In this document: positions 17,007 to 27,800 of the stretch, piece after piece
How the letters are laid out: every line of letters begins with the position of its first letter
Numbering within the stretch: position 1 is the first letter of the stretch
Origin: an uncultured Magnetococcales bacterium
Lineage (GTDB): Bacteria; Pseudomonadota; Magnetococcia; Magnetococcales; CAYFNE01
Direction of reading: 5' to 3'
DNA: 64,000 nt
Assembly: GCA_964344355.1 (NCBI GenBank)
Contig: CAYFNE010000016.1
Span: 4,344 to 68,343 of the forward strand
Translations under genes and position numbers: made by a program
Notes under the pieces: generated by a model
Told to the model about the DNA's origin: nothing
Database searches by the model: none
Seen by the model: only the letters and a program-made list of their open reading frames with translations

Positions 17007-17678
17007 ATGGATCATGACCCCCACAAGATTCTCATCACCGACGACGACCGGGCGTTCCGGGACAATCTGTCCGAACTCCTGCGCCGGAAGGGATTCCTCA
17101 CCACCAAGGCCGCCAGCGGTGAGGAGGCGTTGCAAAAACTGGCCGAGGAGCGATACGACGTGTTGTTGGTGGACATGGTGATGCCGGGCATGAACGGACT
17201 GGCCACCATCACCCGCCTGCGCGAAACCAACAAAACCATCAAGATCATTCTCATCACCGCCTTCGCCACGGTGGACAGCGCCGTCGAAGCCATCAAAAAC
17301 GGTGCCGACGACTACATTCAAAAACCGTTCAAGACCGATGAACTGATCATCACCATCAAGCGGGTCCTGGAAGAGGCCCGTTTTGAAATCGATGTGCGCA
17401 ATCTCAATCTGGACTACACCCTGCACTCCCTCTCCAACCCCATCCGCCGCAAGGCGATCCATCTCATCGGCAACGGCGACCACGTACGCCTGATTGACAT
17501 CGCCAACGACCTCAACATCGTCGACCATACCAAGGTTCTGTTCCATCTGAAAAAACTCAAAGAGGCCGAGATCATCGCCCAAACCGGGGACAAATCCTAT
17601 GTCCTGACCGCCAGCGGCCGCCTGATGTTGGAATTTTTATGGATTCTCTCCAAGCACATCGCGGTTTTCAAACACTGA
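17007..17678 (+). CDS. Response regulator with C-terminal ArsR-like winged-helix domain
   Basis: The REC domain reads KILITDDDRAF..VLLVDMVMPGMNG..ITAF..DYIQKPF. It is followed by SNPIRRKAIHLI...HTKVLFHLKKLKEAEII, a wHTH pattern. Confidence 0.85.
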   Translation: MDHDPHKILITDDDRAFRDNLSELLRRKGFLTTKAASGEEALQKLAEERYDVLLVDMVMPGMNGLATITRLRETNKTIKIILITAFATVDSAVEAIKNGADDYIQKPFKTDELIITIKRVLEEARFEIDVRNLNLDYTLHSLSNPIRRKAIHLIGNGDHVRLIDIANDLNIVDHTKVLFHLKKLKEAEIIAQTGDKSYVLTASGRLMLEFLWILSKHIAVFKH

Positions 17679-17946
17679 CCGGGGACCCCCGGCAGCCAGC
17701 CCGTCAGAGGACCGGTTGCGACGATATGTGAACAATATTCACACTCCACGCCCTTGCCATCGCCACCACTCTTGATGCTTTCCCCCCAAATCTTTTTGTT
17801 TTACAAGCCGTTTTTGCCGTAAAGCGCCACCATCATCCTTTTTGCGATTTTTGTTTACCGCTCCCCATGTGAAGCAGGTTTCAATGTTCTCCCCCTGCTT
17901 GATCTGTTATTCCTGTAATCTTGAAAATGGTTGAGGCGCCACGGGC

Positions 17947-18507
17947 ATGGCCAACCCTTTTTCAAGAGGGGAACCATCCTGCAAGGAGGAGACCATGAAC
18001 ATGCTGGGACTATTGGCCGCCGGAAAACGGTTGATGCGCAACAATCAGTTCGAAAACAGCATCATCTATTTTTCCATTGCCCTGGAGGCGGGCAAGTCCC
18101 AGGGTTGGTTCGACCCGAAACGAACCGATGGTTGGGAGTTCGATCATGAATACGGTGCCGGCATCACCGAATATCACTGGTTTTTACCGATCGGCCAGGT
18201 GCGTGAAATTCAATCCCTGCTCCATTTTTATCGGGCCAGCGCCCACATGGCATTGGAAAACTTTTCCGCCGCCTGTGATGATCTGCACCGGACACTGGCC
18301 CTGAACGACACCTTTTGGCCGGCCCACCTGGCATTGGGCTTTTGCCACATCGTCCTGAAAAAATGTCACAATGCCCGGCATGATCTGAACACCGCTGAAC
18401 TCCTGCTCCATCACTGCAAACAAAAACCCTTTTTCACCAACGACATCACCCGACTGCGGAATCGGGTGAACCAACAGGTTGATAATCTCTATGAAAATCC
18501 CATGTAA
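17947..18507 (+). CDS. Hypothetical TPR-like protein (start may be ATG 17995)
   Basis: 186-aa ORF in a locally lower-GC stretch (about 52% in a sampled line). It has helical-repeat character and no specific family was recognised. Confidence 0.45.
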   Translation: MANPFSRGEPSCKEETMNMLGLLAAGKRLMRNNQFENSIIYFSIALEAGKSQGWFDPKRTDGWEFDHEYGAGITEYHWFLPIGQVREIQSLLHFYRASAHMALENFSAACDDLHRTLALNDTFWPAHLALGFCHIVLKKCHNARHDLNTAELLLHHCKQKPFFTNDITRLRNRVNQQVDNLYENPM

Positions 18508-18733
18508 CCCCCCGCATGTCAGATCCCCCGGTCACTGACCGGTTCCGGGCGCCAACGGTTGCTCAGGGCCGGTTCCATTCGTATCCAGACCACATCACCG
18601 ATATTGCCAAAACGGTGAACGATCCACCGGAAATACGGATCGACCGGAACCGATCAAAGGACCGACTTCCCGACCCACCGTCTCGGAAAACTGTCGAGAA
18701 GGAAACCTGGAATCTGATCGGTCCCGAAAGAAT

Positions 18734-19858
18734 TTACCGCTCCAACCCGCTGGGAATGATCGGAAAATCCCGGGTCGGTCCGAAGGGGTTTTCGCCGGAT
18801 TTGAACAGGGGCGGGGCGGTGATGTAGGTGGTCAGCAGATGGCTGACGCTGGACAGGGATTTGATGTGGGTGCGTTCATAGCCGTGGGAGGCGTCCAGGG
18901 CGAAACAGACCAACGCCGTGCGGATGTCATTGCCGGCCTCCACCGCCGAGGCGGCGTCGCTGCGATAGTGTAAAAACACATCCCGGCTGTACTCGATCTC
19001 CTGCTCCTGGCACAGGGCGATCAAATGGCGGGTCAGGTGCCGGTCGAAGGGACCGCTGGAGTCCAGCATGGCCAGGGTGACCCCCTGGTCACAGGTGTTC
19101 TGGTTCGGGGCGATGGTGCCGTTGTCCACCGATACCATCTCCGTGACCTTGCCGTGGAGAATGTGGGACGCCCCCACGCCCACCTCTTCAGCGATGGTGA
19201 ACAGGATGGTGCAGCGGTTGGGCACCGGCAACTGATGATCGCGGATGGTTTTCAATGCCGACAGGATACAGGCGACACCGGCCTTGTCATCCAGGTGACG
19301 GCCATTGATGAAACCGTTGTCGCTGAACTCCTGGTTGCTGTCGATGGCGACGAAATCCCCCACCCGTATCCCCCGTTCCCACAAACAATCGAAGGTGGTG
19401 CAGGGTTCATCCACGCGGATTTCCAGATTGGACCAGGCCGTGGGTTGCGTGTCCACCTCCTCGTTGTACACATGGCCGGAGGCCTTCAATGGCAGGATGG
19501 TGCCGCGAAAGGAGCGGTCGCCGTCGGAAAAAATGGTCACCCGCGCCCCTTCGGCCATCCGGGCCGACCAGAAACCGATGGGCACCACGCCCAGGCGGCC
19601 ATTGTTGTGAATCGATTTGACCATGGCCCCCAGGGTGTCCAGGTGGGCCGCCACCGCCCGCCGAGGTTTTGGGGAAATACCGGTGATGGTGGCGCGGATG
19701 GCGCCGCGCATGGTCAATTCGTAGGGCAGGTTCAAATGGTCCAACTCACTACAGACCAGCTTGACCACCTCGTCGGTCATGCCGGTCGGACTGGGAGTGG
19801 CGAGCAGATCGGCCAGGACCCTTTTGAGGTAGCCCTGGTCCGGAAGGGGTCGTTTCAT
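18734..19858 (-). CDS. M42-family peptidase of the NAGGN osmoprotectant cluster
   Basis: 374-aa ORF with M42/glutamyl-aminopeptidase-like sequence. It lies immediately downstream of ngg (3-nt gap), matching the known asnO-ngg-M42 peptidase gene order. Confidence 0.75.
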   Translation of the reverse strand: MKRPLPDQGYLKRVLADLLATPSPTGMTDEVVKLVCSELDHLNLPYELTMRGAIRATITGISPKPRRAVAAHLDTLGAMVKSIHNNGRLGVVPIGFWSARMAEGARVTIFSDGDRSFRGTILPLKASGHVYNEEVDTQPTAWSNLEIRVDEPCTTFDCLWERGIRVGDFVAIDSNQEFSDNGFINGRHLDDKAGVACILSALKTIRDHQLPVPNRCTILFTIAEEVGVGASHILHGKVTEMVSVDNGTIAPNQNTCDQGVTLAMLDSSGPFDRHLTRHLIALCQEQEIEYSRDVFLHYRSDAASAVEAGNDIRTALVCFALDASHGYERTHIKSLSSVSHLLTTYITAPPLFKSGENPFGPTRDFPIIPSGLER

Positions 19859-19861
19859 GGA

Positions 19862-21652
19862 TCATCCTTGACAGCTGATACCGGCGGAACGGGTCTGGGG
19901 GAAAAGCAGATCGATAAAACATTCCGCCGTCGGTTGTGGTTCATGGTTGGCCAGGCCGGGCCGTTCATTGGCCTCGATGATCCGATAATCCGGACCATCC
20001 ACCGATGGTACCATGAAATCGAACCCCACCACCGGAATTTCCAGCGCCCGGGCGCCGATCACCGCCGCCTTGGCCAGTTTCGGGTGCAGAATCGGAGTGA
20101 CATCGTGGATGGTGCCGCCGGTGTGCAGATTGGCGGTCTTGCGCACCGGGATGGCCTTACCGGCGGGAAGAACGGTTTCCAGCCCGAAGCCGGACTGTTT
20201 GACACACCGTTCGGTTTCGGCGTCCAGGGGGATGCAGCTCTCGCCATCGGTGGCCGCCGCCTGACGCCGGCTCTGTTTTTCGATCAACGTCCGGATGGTG
20301 TGCCGACCATCGCCGGTCACCCGGGGCGGTTTACGCACCGCCGCCGCCACCACTTCGTTGTCGATGACGATGATGCGCAGGTCCTCGCCCTGAACCAACT
20401 CTTCCACCAATACCTCTTTTGGTTTCGGGGCGGCCTGCCGGATCGCCTCCATCACCTCCCGGGGGTGGCGCAGATCGACCCGCACCCCGTGTCCCTGTTC
20501 GCCGATGGCCGGTTTCACCACCACCCGTTCATGATGTCGCAAAAAGGCCAACACCTTTTTTTCATCGTCGGCAACGATCTGTTCGGGAATCGACAGGTCG
20601 GCCTTTTTGAGGATGCTGTGGGTCACCGCCTTGTCCTGGCAGCGGCTCATGGCGATGGCCGAGGTCAGTTCGCTCAACGATTCCCGGCAGGTGACCGAGC
20701 GACCGCCGAAGGTGAGGTTGAAATAGCCGTTGTCGGCATCCAGCACCTCGACGACGATGCCGCGCCGCCGCGCCTCATCGACCAGGATCCGGGCATAGAC
20801 GTTCAACCCCTGATCGGGCAACGGTCCGGAAAACAGTTTTTCGTTGATGCAGTTCTTATGTTTCAGACAATAGACCGGGACCTTTTCAAAACCGAGTTTT
20901 TCGTACAGGGCGATGGCCTGGCTGTTGTCATGGATGACCGACAGGTCCATGAAGGCGCGGCCATGGTCCCGAAACATGGCGGCCATGAACAACACCATGC
21001 GTTCGCCGACGCCGGGATAGGGACAGTGGGGATCGACCGCCAGGGACCACAGGCTGGAACCGTTGTCGGGATCGTTGATCGCCAGTTTGTGGTCGATGCC
21101 GGTGGCCACCGCCAGTACCCGACCGCCAAGCGTCTCCTTGGCGATGAGAATGTGCGGATGGCCGTTTTCCAGGCAGGATCGATAATAATCGCCACTGACG
21201 CGGATCATGCCCCGTTTGGCCAGGATGCCGTTGGCTTCCTTGCCCTGCTCGACGGTCTCCAGCAGGGAGATTTCATAACCCTCGCCGTCGGATTGGCTCA
21301 AATCCCGGTCGGCCAGGGTCAACCGATAGGTGTGGGAAGGATCCAGGAACAGTTCATGGGGGGCCAGGGAGATGAGCACGTGGGGATCACGCACATAGAG
21401 CGCCACATCCCGGCGCCCCTCCTGTTCATCCAGCAATATGTGAACCAGCAGGTTGGGGTCTTCGAAGGTTTGACCGAAGATCAAACGTCCCCAACCGCAG
21501 TCGAGAACCACGGTATCGCCGATCGGCTCCGATTCGAGGTTTTCGGGCGGATCCCCCCAATGTTTGAGGGAGGCCATTTTCTGCGGGTCCATCGGATCGG
21601 GGATCGTTTCTTCTGTCATGATAAAACTCTTTTCGGTCGGTTCCGGAACCAT
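19862..21652 (-). CDS. ngg: N-acetylglutaminylglutamine synthetase (GNAT + ATP-grasp)
   Basis: 596-aa ORF with an N-terminal acetyltransferase-like half and a C-terminal ATP-grasp half (..VVVKPAIGEQGHGV.., ..GFDFMV..). Its size and neighbours match Ngg. Confidence 0.75.
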   Translation of the reverse strand: MVPEPTEKSFIMTEETIPDPMDPQKMASLKHWGDPPENLESEPIGDTVVLDCGWGRLIFGQTFEDPNLLVHILLDEQEGRRDVALYVRDPHVLISLAPHELFLDPSHTYRLTLADRDLSQSDGEGYEISLLETVEQGKEANGILAKRGMIRVSGDYYRSCLENGHPHILIAKETLGGRVLAVATGIDHKLAINDPDNGSSLWSLAVDPHCPYPGVGERMVLFMAAMFRDHGRAFMDLSVIHDNSQAIALYEKLGFEKVPVYCLKHKNCINEKLFSGPLPDQGLNVYARILVDEARRRGIVVEVLDADNGYFNLTFGGRSVTCRESLSELTSAIAMSRCQDKAVTHSILKKADLSIPEQIVADDEKKVLAFLRHHERVVVKPAIGEQGHGVRVDLRHPREVMEAIRQAAPKPKEVLVEELVQGEDLRIIVIDNEVVAAAVRKPPRVTGDGRHTIRTLIEKQSRRQAAATDGESCIPLDAETERCVKQSGFGLETVLPAGKAIPVRKTANLHTGGTIHDVTPILHPKLAKAAVIGARALEIPVVGFDFMVPSVDGPDYRIIEANERPGLANHEPQPTAECFIDLLFPQTRSAGISCQG

Positions 21653-21869
21653 CGATTGGGGTCGATGATGGGGGAAAAGGGCGGGTTCGAAGGATATCCG
21701 GGGGACGAACCGACCGAATCCCCGTCCAGTATAGCCAACCGGAAAATAAAAATCTTCGATTTGTTTTCCGGACGGTGCCGCCGGCGGGCTTCTGGACGGC
21801 CGTTGGCGGCGGCGTTGGAAAATCAGTCACCGTCCAACAACACCCGAAGCGGATATTTGGACGGCCGGC

Positions 21870-23642
21870 TCATAAGCCGTGGCGTTGCAGCCAAAGTTCC
21901 AACAAGGCGATCTGCCACAGTTTGGAGCCGCGCAACGGGGTGATGTGCGACTCGGGATCCTCGAGCAGGGTTTCGATGTGTTGTTGTCGGAACAACCCCC
22001 GATGCCGGGCCCGGTCGCTGGACAGGGTGTCGCGAACCATCTCCAACACGGTGCCTTGCAGGTATTTCAGGGCCGGCACCGGGAAATAACCCTTGGGCCG
22101 GTCGATCACCGCATGCGGAATGATGGCCCGGGCCACCTCCTTGAGGATGCCCTTGCCCTCCTGCGCCAGCTTCAGGGCGGCGGGGGTGCGGGCGGCCAGC
22201 TCCACCAGTTCATGGTCGAGAAACGGCACCCGCGCCTCCAGCCCCCAGGCCATGGTCATGTTGTCCACCCGTTTGACCGGATCGTCCACCAGCATGATGG
22301 TGGTGTCGAGCCGCAGGGCCTTGTCCACCGGTTGGTCGGCGCCGGGGCTGGCGAAATGGGCGGCGACGAATTCACGGCTGAAATCCCGGCTCAACCATTG
22401 GGAATGGAGGGCGTCGGCCATCTCGTCGGCATCCCGGTCGAAAAAGACCCGGGAATAGTCCGCCAGCGGATCGCGACTCGTCACCAGGGGCGGATACCAA
22501 TGATAACCGGCGAACACCTCATCCGCCCCCTGGCCGCTCTGTACCACCTTGACCCGTTTGGCCACCTCCCGGGAGAGGAGGAAAAAACCGGCATTGTCAT
22601 GGCTGACCATCGGTTCGGACATGGCGCCGATCACATCCGGCAGGGTGGCGAGCAGCTCCCGGGTGGGGACGACGATCTTGTGATGCCGGGTGGCGAAATG
22701 GTCGGCGACCAGGTCCGAATATTGAAATTCGTTGCCCCGCTCCCCGGCCACATCCTCGAAACCCACGGAGAAGGTGTTGAGGCCGGTTTGACCCGCTTCC
22801 GCCAGCAGGCCGACGATCAGGCTGGAGTCCAGGCCACCGGAGAGCAGCACCCCGACCGGCACGTCGGCCACCAGCCGCCGTTTCACCGCCAGACGCAGGG
22901 CGGCCAGAATCTCCCGGCGCCATTCTTCATCCGATTTTCCGACCTCTTCGGGCCGTTGGTTGCAGGTGAGCCGCCAATAGACCCGATCCCGGCGGCTGCC
23001 GTCGGCTTCGATGATGGCGACGGTGGCCGGGGGCAGTTTGCGCACCCCCTTGATCAGGGTGTGGGGGGCCGGCACCACGGCGTGAAAGGACATGTAATGA
23101 TGCACCGCCACCGGGTCGAGGCCGGTGTCGACGCCGTCCGCAGCCGTCAGGGCCGGCAGGGTGGAGGCGAAGCGCAACCGGTCGGGCCGGCTGTCCAGGT
23201 AGAGCGGTTTGATGCCGAGCCGATCCCGGGCCAGGATCACCCGACCGCTCTCCCGTTCCCACAGGGCGAAGGCGAACATGCCGTGGAAACGGTCCACGCA
23301 GTCGCTGCCCCAGGCGTGGTAGGCCTTGAGGACCACCTCGGTATCGCCCTGGGAAAAAAACCGGTAACCGCGGTCGATGAGTTCGGCGCGCAGTTCCTGG
23401 TAATTATAGATGCAACCGTTGAAAACCAGCGTCAGTCCCAGCTCCGGATCGACCATCGGCTGGGCGGCCTTGGTACTGAGGTCGATGATGCGCAGCCGTC
23501 GATGCCCGAAGGCCACCCGATCCCGCGCCACCAGTCCCGTTGCATCCGGTCCCCGAGGGGCCAGCAGACCGGACATGAGCCGAACGGTCTCCACGGAGGC
23601 CGCATCACCATCAAATCTGATTTCACCGCATATGCCACACAT
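21870..23642 (-). CDS. asnO: Asparagine-synthetase-like glutamine amidotransferase (NAGGN amidotransferase)
   Basis: 590-aa ORF beginning MCGICGEI, the class II Ntn amidotransferase catalytic Cys2. The AsnB-type synthetase domain has the SGGLDSS PP-loop. Confidence 0.85.
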   Translation of the reverse strand: MCGICGEIRFDGDAASVETVRLMSGLLAPRGPDATGLVARDRVAFGHRRLRIIDLSTKAAQPMVDPELGLTLVFNGCIYNYQELRAELIDRGYRFFSQGDTEVVLKAYHAWGSDCVDRFHGMFAFALWERESGRVILARDRLGIKPLYLDSRPDRLRFASTLPALTAADGVDTGLDPVAVHHYMSFHAVVPAPHTLIKGVRKLPPATVAIIEADGSRRDRVYWRLTCNQRPEEVGKSDEEWRREILAALRLAVKRRLVADVPVGVLLSGGLDSSLIVGLLAEAGQTGLNTFSVGFEDVAGERGNEFQYSDLVADHFATRHHKIVVPTRELLATLPDVIGAMSEPMVSHDNAGFFLLSREVAKRVKVVQSGQGADEVFAGYHWYPPLVTSRDPLADYSRVFFDRDADEMADALHSQWLSRDFSREFVAAHFASPGADQPVDKALRLDTTIMLVDDPVKRVDNMTMAWGLEARVPFLDHELVELAARTPAALKLAQEGKGILKEVARAIIPHAVIDRPKGYFPVPALKYLQGTVLEMVRDTLSSDRARHRGLFRQQHIETLLEDPESHITPLRGSKLWQIALLELWLQRHGL

Positions 23643-23825
23643 GGGATTGATTCATACCACATTTTCCGACCGATTGACAGTAATTCGGTTTCAATAACCC
23701 ACAAAGCCCCCCAAGCGCCTTCCCCGGGGGCGGGGATCGGACCGGGAGACCGGAAAAACCCGGGCCGGCCACCGGTCGATTGGTGACGGGGACATTTTGA
23801 ATGGCAAAATAAAATTTTTTATGAG

Positions 23826-23849
23826 TTGTTTGGCAATTGCCAAACAACC
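23826..23849. promoter_or_regulatory. 24-bp perfect palindrome GTTGTTTGGCAATTGCCAAACAAC (candidate operator)
   Basis: Perfect dyad in the AT-rich divergent region between asnO (-) and the receiver gene (+). It has no flanking U-tract, so a terminator is unlikely. Confidence 0.35.
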
Positions 23850-24100
23850 GTTCAAGTTATTAAATGCTGTTTGGACGAAGTGACATTGTCAATACCGGCG
23901 GCTCGGCCGGTACCGACTGCGGATACTGGAAATACCGGTCAATGAGTAACGGTTTGGACGATCCAACCGACGATGGGAGAGATGATGTCGTCAAGTTTCT
24001 TCTTCAAGACACCGATTCATATCTTTTTTTGCGACAAATGGTTGACCAGGTTCCCCGGTCGAGCTCGTTTATCCCGGTTTTTCGATGTCGGGAGAAAGAT

Positions 24101-24538
24101 ATGACCATGGATACCGAACGGGACGTCTTCTCTTCCGAACCGGCCGCCGGTGACCACACCCCCCTCTCCGGACGGTCCGTCGAGGCGTTGCGGCAACCAC
24201 CGGATCGGGACTTGAACGGCCCCGGGGAGGAGACTCCAATGACGGTCATGGTGGTCGAGGATGATTCGGTACTGCTCGAACTGTACCGTACCCACATCGA
24301 AACCTGGCGACCGGCCGTGCGGTTGGTGACGGTCACCGATGGTTTCGGGGCCCTTGTTCAAATTGACGAAATCAAACCCGACCTCCTCATCGCCGACCTG
24401 ATGATGCAGGGCATGGACGGTTTTCAGTTGATTCAAAAATTGAAGGAGTCGGAGGTCTATCGGACCATCCGGATCATCGTCGTCACCATCCTGGACCCGG
24501 AAGAGATCGACCGTCGGGGGGGTTGCCCGACGATGTGA
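24101..24538 (+). CDS. Single-domain response regulator receiver, apparently truncated by a frameshift at a G7 run (intact reading would end at 24615)
   Basis: ATG 24101 is preceded by a GGGAGAAAG RBS. REC motifs are VMVVEDD and LLIADLMMQGMDG. The ORF ends ..DRRGGCPTM*, but the other frame continues LPDDVTILHKPISFAYLQRVAREKTATVRF*, which supplies the conserved receiver KP lysine. Confidence 0.7.
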   Translation: MTMDTERDVFSSEPAAGDHTPLSGRSVEALRQPPDRDLNGPGEETPMTVMVVEDDSVLLELYRTHIETWRPAVRLVTVTDGFGALVQIDEIKPDLLIADLMMQGMDGFQLIQKLKESEVYRTIRIIVVTILDPEEIDRRGGCPTM

Positions 24539-24872
24539 CCATCCTGCACAAACCGATCTCCTTCGCGTATTTGCAGCGTGTGGCGCGGGAAAAAACCGCC
24601 ACGGTTCGCTTTTGATCCATGATAAGCTGTCGAAAACGGTTCGATGGCGGATAAAAAAATGAGAAGGGGTCATGATCGAGTGATCGTTTTTGCCGCCTGC
24701 TGATCGTCACTGGAACAAGGACGTGAAATGCCTGACGAGCCCACCATTCAACAAACCCTTCTTCAGACCATTCGCGATACCGACCCGCCGGGGGCGGGGT
24801 TGTCGTTGGCGCGGCGGCCCGGCCCGGTCAACCCGTTTCCGGTTGCCAGTGGCGAAACGGGAGGGACGTTCC

Positions 24873-27800
24873 ATGTCTGAGGCCCTTTTCGATCCTCGCC
24901 ATGATCCCGCCTTCGCCGCCATGTCCCTGGAGATCGTTCAGGAGCTGTTGCACCGGTCCGGAGACCTGGAGCGGACCGTCGCCTGTCTGTTGCACAAGGT
25001 TCGTGAAATCAGTGGCGCCGACCTCGTGGTGATCAGCCGGGCGTTGCCGGCGGGCCAAACCGGCGCCGGCAACCATGAACTGTTGGGCGTTCTGCCGCCG
25101 ACGGAAAAAAAGATCTTCACCGCCGACCGCTGGCAATCGTTGTCCACCGCCGCTGCCGCCCTGGCCGGCCCGATCCTGGTTCGGAGCGGTTCCGAACCGG
25201 GCGCGCTGGGAAACACGTTGCGGGAATTGAATGTTGGTTCGGGGTCGGTGATGCCACTCACGGTCGGCCAACTGCGGGTTGGAACCCTGTTCGCCCTGGG
25301 ATTGAACGAGGATCGTTACACCCCCGCCATCCATGGGACGTTGGCGGCACTGGCCGGGATCGTCTCCAACAATCTCCACAACGCCCTGCTCTGGGAGGAG
25401 CGGCGCCGGGCGGAACGGGTGTTGCGGGAGTCCGAGGAAAAATACCGCACCCTGGTGGAAAATTTGAATGTTGGCGTCTTTCGCCACACCGTCGCCGGCA
25501 ACGGGCGGTTTTTGCAGGCCAACGAGGCCATCGCCCACATGTTCGGTCATGCGGATGTGTCCGCCTTCATGACCGTTCCCATGTCGGCGCTTCATAGCCA
25601 TTCCGAGGCGTATGAGGATTTTTTGCACTTTCTGATCGGCGAGGGGGAGTGCCGAAACCACGAATTGCAGCTGCAAAAAAAGGATGGCACCCCCATCTGG
25701 ACCTCTCTCAACATCAAGGTTCGATATGACGATACCGGCCAGGTCCAGTGGCTGGATGGCACCATCGTCGACATCACCGCCCGCAAGGCCGCCCGGGAAA
25801 AATTGCGCATCAGCGAGGAACGGTTCCGGGGCACCTTCGAAAATGCCGCCCATGGCATGGCCCTGATTTCGCCGCAGGGCCGATTCCTCAAAATCAATCG
25901 GGCCTTTTGTGAGATCGTCGGTTACACCAACGATGAACTGTTGGCCATCGATTTTCAAACCATCACCCATGCCGACGATCTGGAGATCGATCTGGCTTAT
26001 GTGCGGCAGATGCTGGCCGGCGTCATCCCCACCTATCAGATGGAAAAACGCCATATCCACAAGGATGGGCACATCATCTGGGTCCTGTTGAGTGTCTCCC
26101 TGGTGTGGGATGCCAATGGGAAACCCTTGCATTTCGTCTCCCAGGTCCAGGACATCACCGCCCGCAAGATTGCCGAGGAACAACTGGTCAAGGCCAAGGA
26201 TGATCTGGAGCTGCAGGTCCACTGTGTCAACCGGTTGCAAAGCCGTTTCATCGAGGAGACCGACCCGGAAGAGTTGTTCGATGCCCTGCTCCTGGATGTC
26301 CTGAAGCTGACCGGTAGTGACTATGGATTCATTCACGGGGTTCGCCTGGATGAGTCCGGTGTCCCCGTACTTCAATCCCTGGCCATTGCCAATCTCTCCC
26401 GGGATCGGGAAACCCGGGCTTTTTTCCAGGCCAACGCCTGGAGCGGCATTCGATTTACCCGAATGCACGGTCTCCATACCGCCCCTTTCACCACCGGCGT
26501 GCCGGTGATCGCCAACGATCCGCCCAACGATCCGCGGCGATGTGGCCCCCCGGAGGGACACCCGGTCCTGAAGACTTTTCTGGGACTGCCCCTGAAACGG
26601 GGTGAGGAGGTGGTTGGCGTCATCGGACTGGCCAACCGCGCCGGTGGGTATGACCGGGCCATCATCGATTTTTTGAAACCGGTCCTCCTGGCCGCCGCCC
26701 AGGTGATTGAAAGCCATCGCAACCAGCGGGAAAAACGGCAGGTCGAAGAGGCCTTGTCGACCAGTGAACGGCGCAACCGCATGATCGTCCAGGCGGCGCG
26801 GGTGGCGGTCTGGGACTGGGACCTGGTCACGGATGTGACCATCTGGAACCAGGGGTTGACCGATCTGTTCGGTCATCCCGCCGGAGCCGTGGAAAATTCC
26901 CGGCGTTGGTGGTTGGATCACATCCATACCGATGATTGTTCCCGTGCTGGGGAGAGCCTGTCGGCCCACCTTCGGACCCGGCATGATACCTGGCGTCAGG
27001 AGTATCGTTTCCGGAGAGCCGATGGCCGTTGGGCGGCGGTCATCGACTGGGGACAGGCCATTGCCGATGAGTCCGGTCGGTCCATCCGCATGATCGGCGC
27101 CATCATGGATATCACCGACCGTCAGCGGCGGGAGGAGACCATCCTGCGTTTGAGCCGTCAAAATGAATTGATCCTCAACGCCGCCGGGGAGGGCATCTAT
27201 GGTCTGGATGACAAGGGTGTCACCACCTTCGTCAATCCCGCCGCCGCCCGCATGGTCGGATGGAAACAGCAGGAATTGATCGGCCGGGTCCAGCATGATG
27301 TGTTCCACCATTCCGCGGCCGACGGTACGCCGCAAAAACGGGAACACTGTTTGATTTACGCGGCGTTGCGCGATGGCAGGACCCATCATGTGACCGATGA
27401 GGTGTTTTGGCGCAGGGATGGGACCCGCTTTCCGGTGGAGTATGTCAGCACCCCGATCATCGAAAACGGGCGCATTGCCGGCGCGGTGGTGATTTTCCGG
27501 GATGTGACCGAGCGCAAACGGATGGAGACGGCCCTGCGCGAGGCCAAGGAGCAGGCGGAACGGGCCAACGAGGCCAAGAGCGAATTTTTGGCCAACATGA
27601 GCCATGAGATCCGCACGCCCTTGAACGGTATCATCGGCATGGCGGAACTGCTTTTGGAATCAGGGCGGTCGGAATCGGAGCGCCGATATGCCGAAACGAT
27701 CCTCCGTTCCGGGGACAACCTGCAGGTGATCATCGATGACATACTCGATTTTTCCAAGGTCGAGGCCGGTCGGCTGGAGCTGGAGGAGACCTGTTTCGAT

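Noticed and set aside
15804-17582. 592-aa minus-strand ORF
   Set aside because: It is antisense to two response-regulator genes with clear REC, GGDEF and wHTH motifs.
17727-17743. TGTGAACAATATTCACA, considered as a CRP/FNR-like box downstream of the wHTH regulator gene
   Set aside because: The half-sites are separated by 7 nt rather than the canonical 6 (TGTGA-N6-TCACA). It is a single occurrence, and there is no evidence for the cognate regulator.
19025-23786. Long + strand ORFs 19025..21943 (972 aa) and 21879..23786 (635 aa)
   Set aside because: They are antisense to the M42 peptidase, ngg and asnO genes, which show canonical motifs (MCGICG, SGGLDSS).
24828-27605. 925-aa minus-strand ORF
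   Set aside because: It is antisense to the PAS/GAF region of the hybrid histidine kinase and has no motifs.
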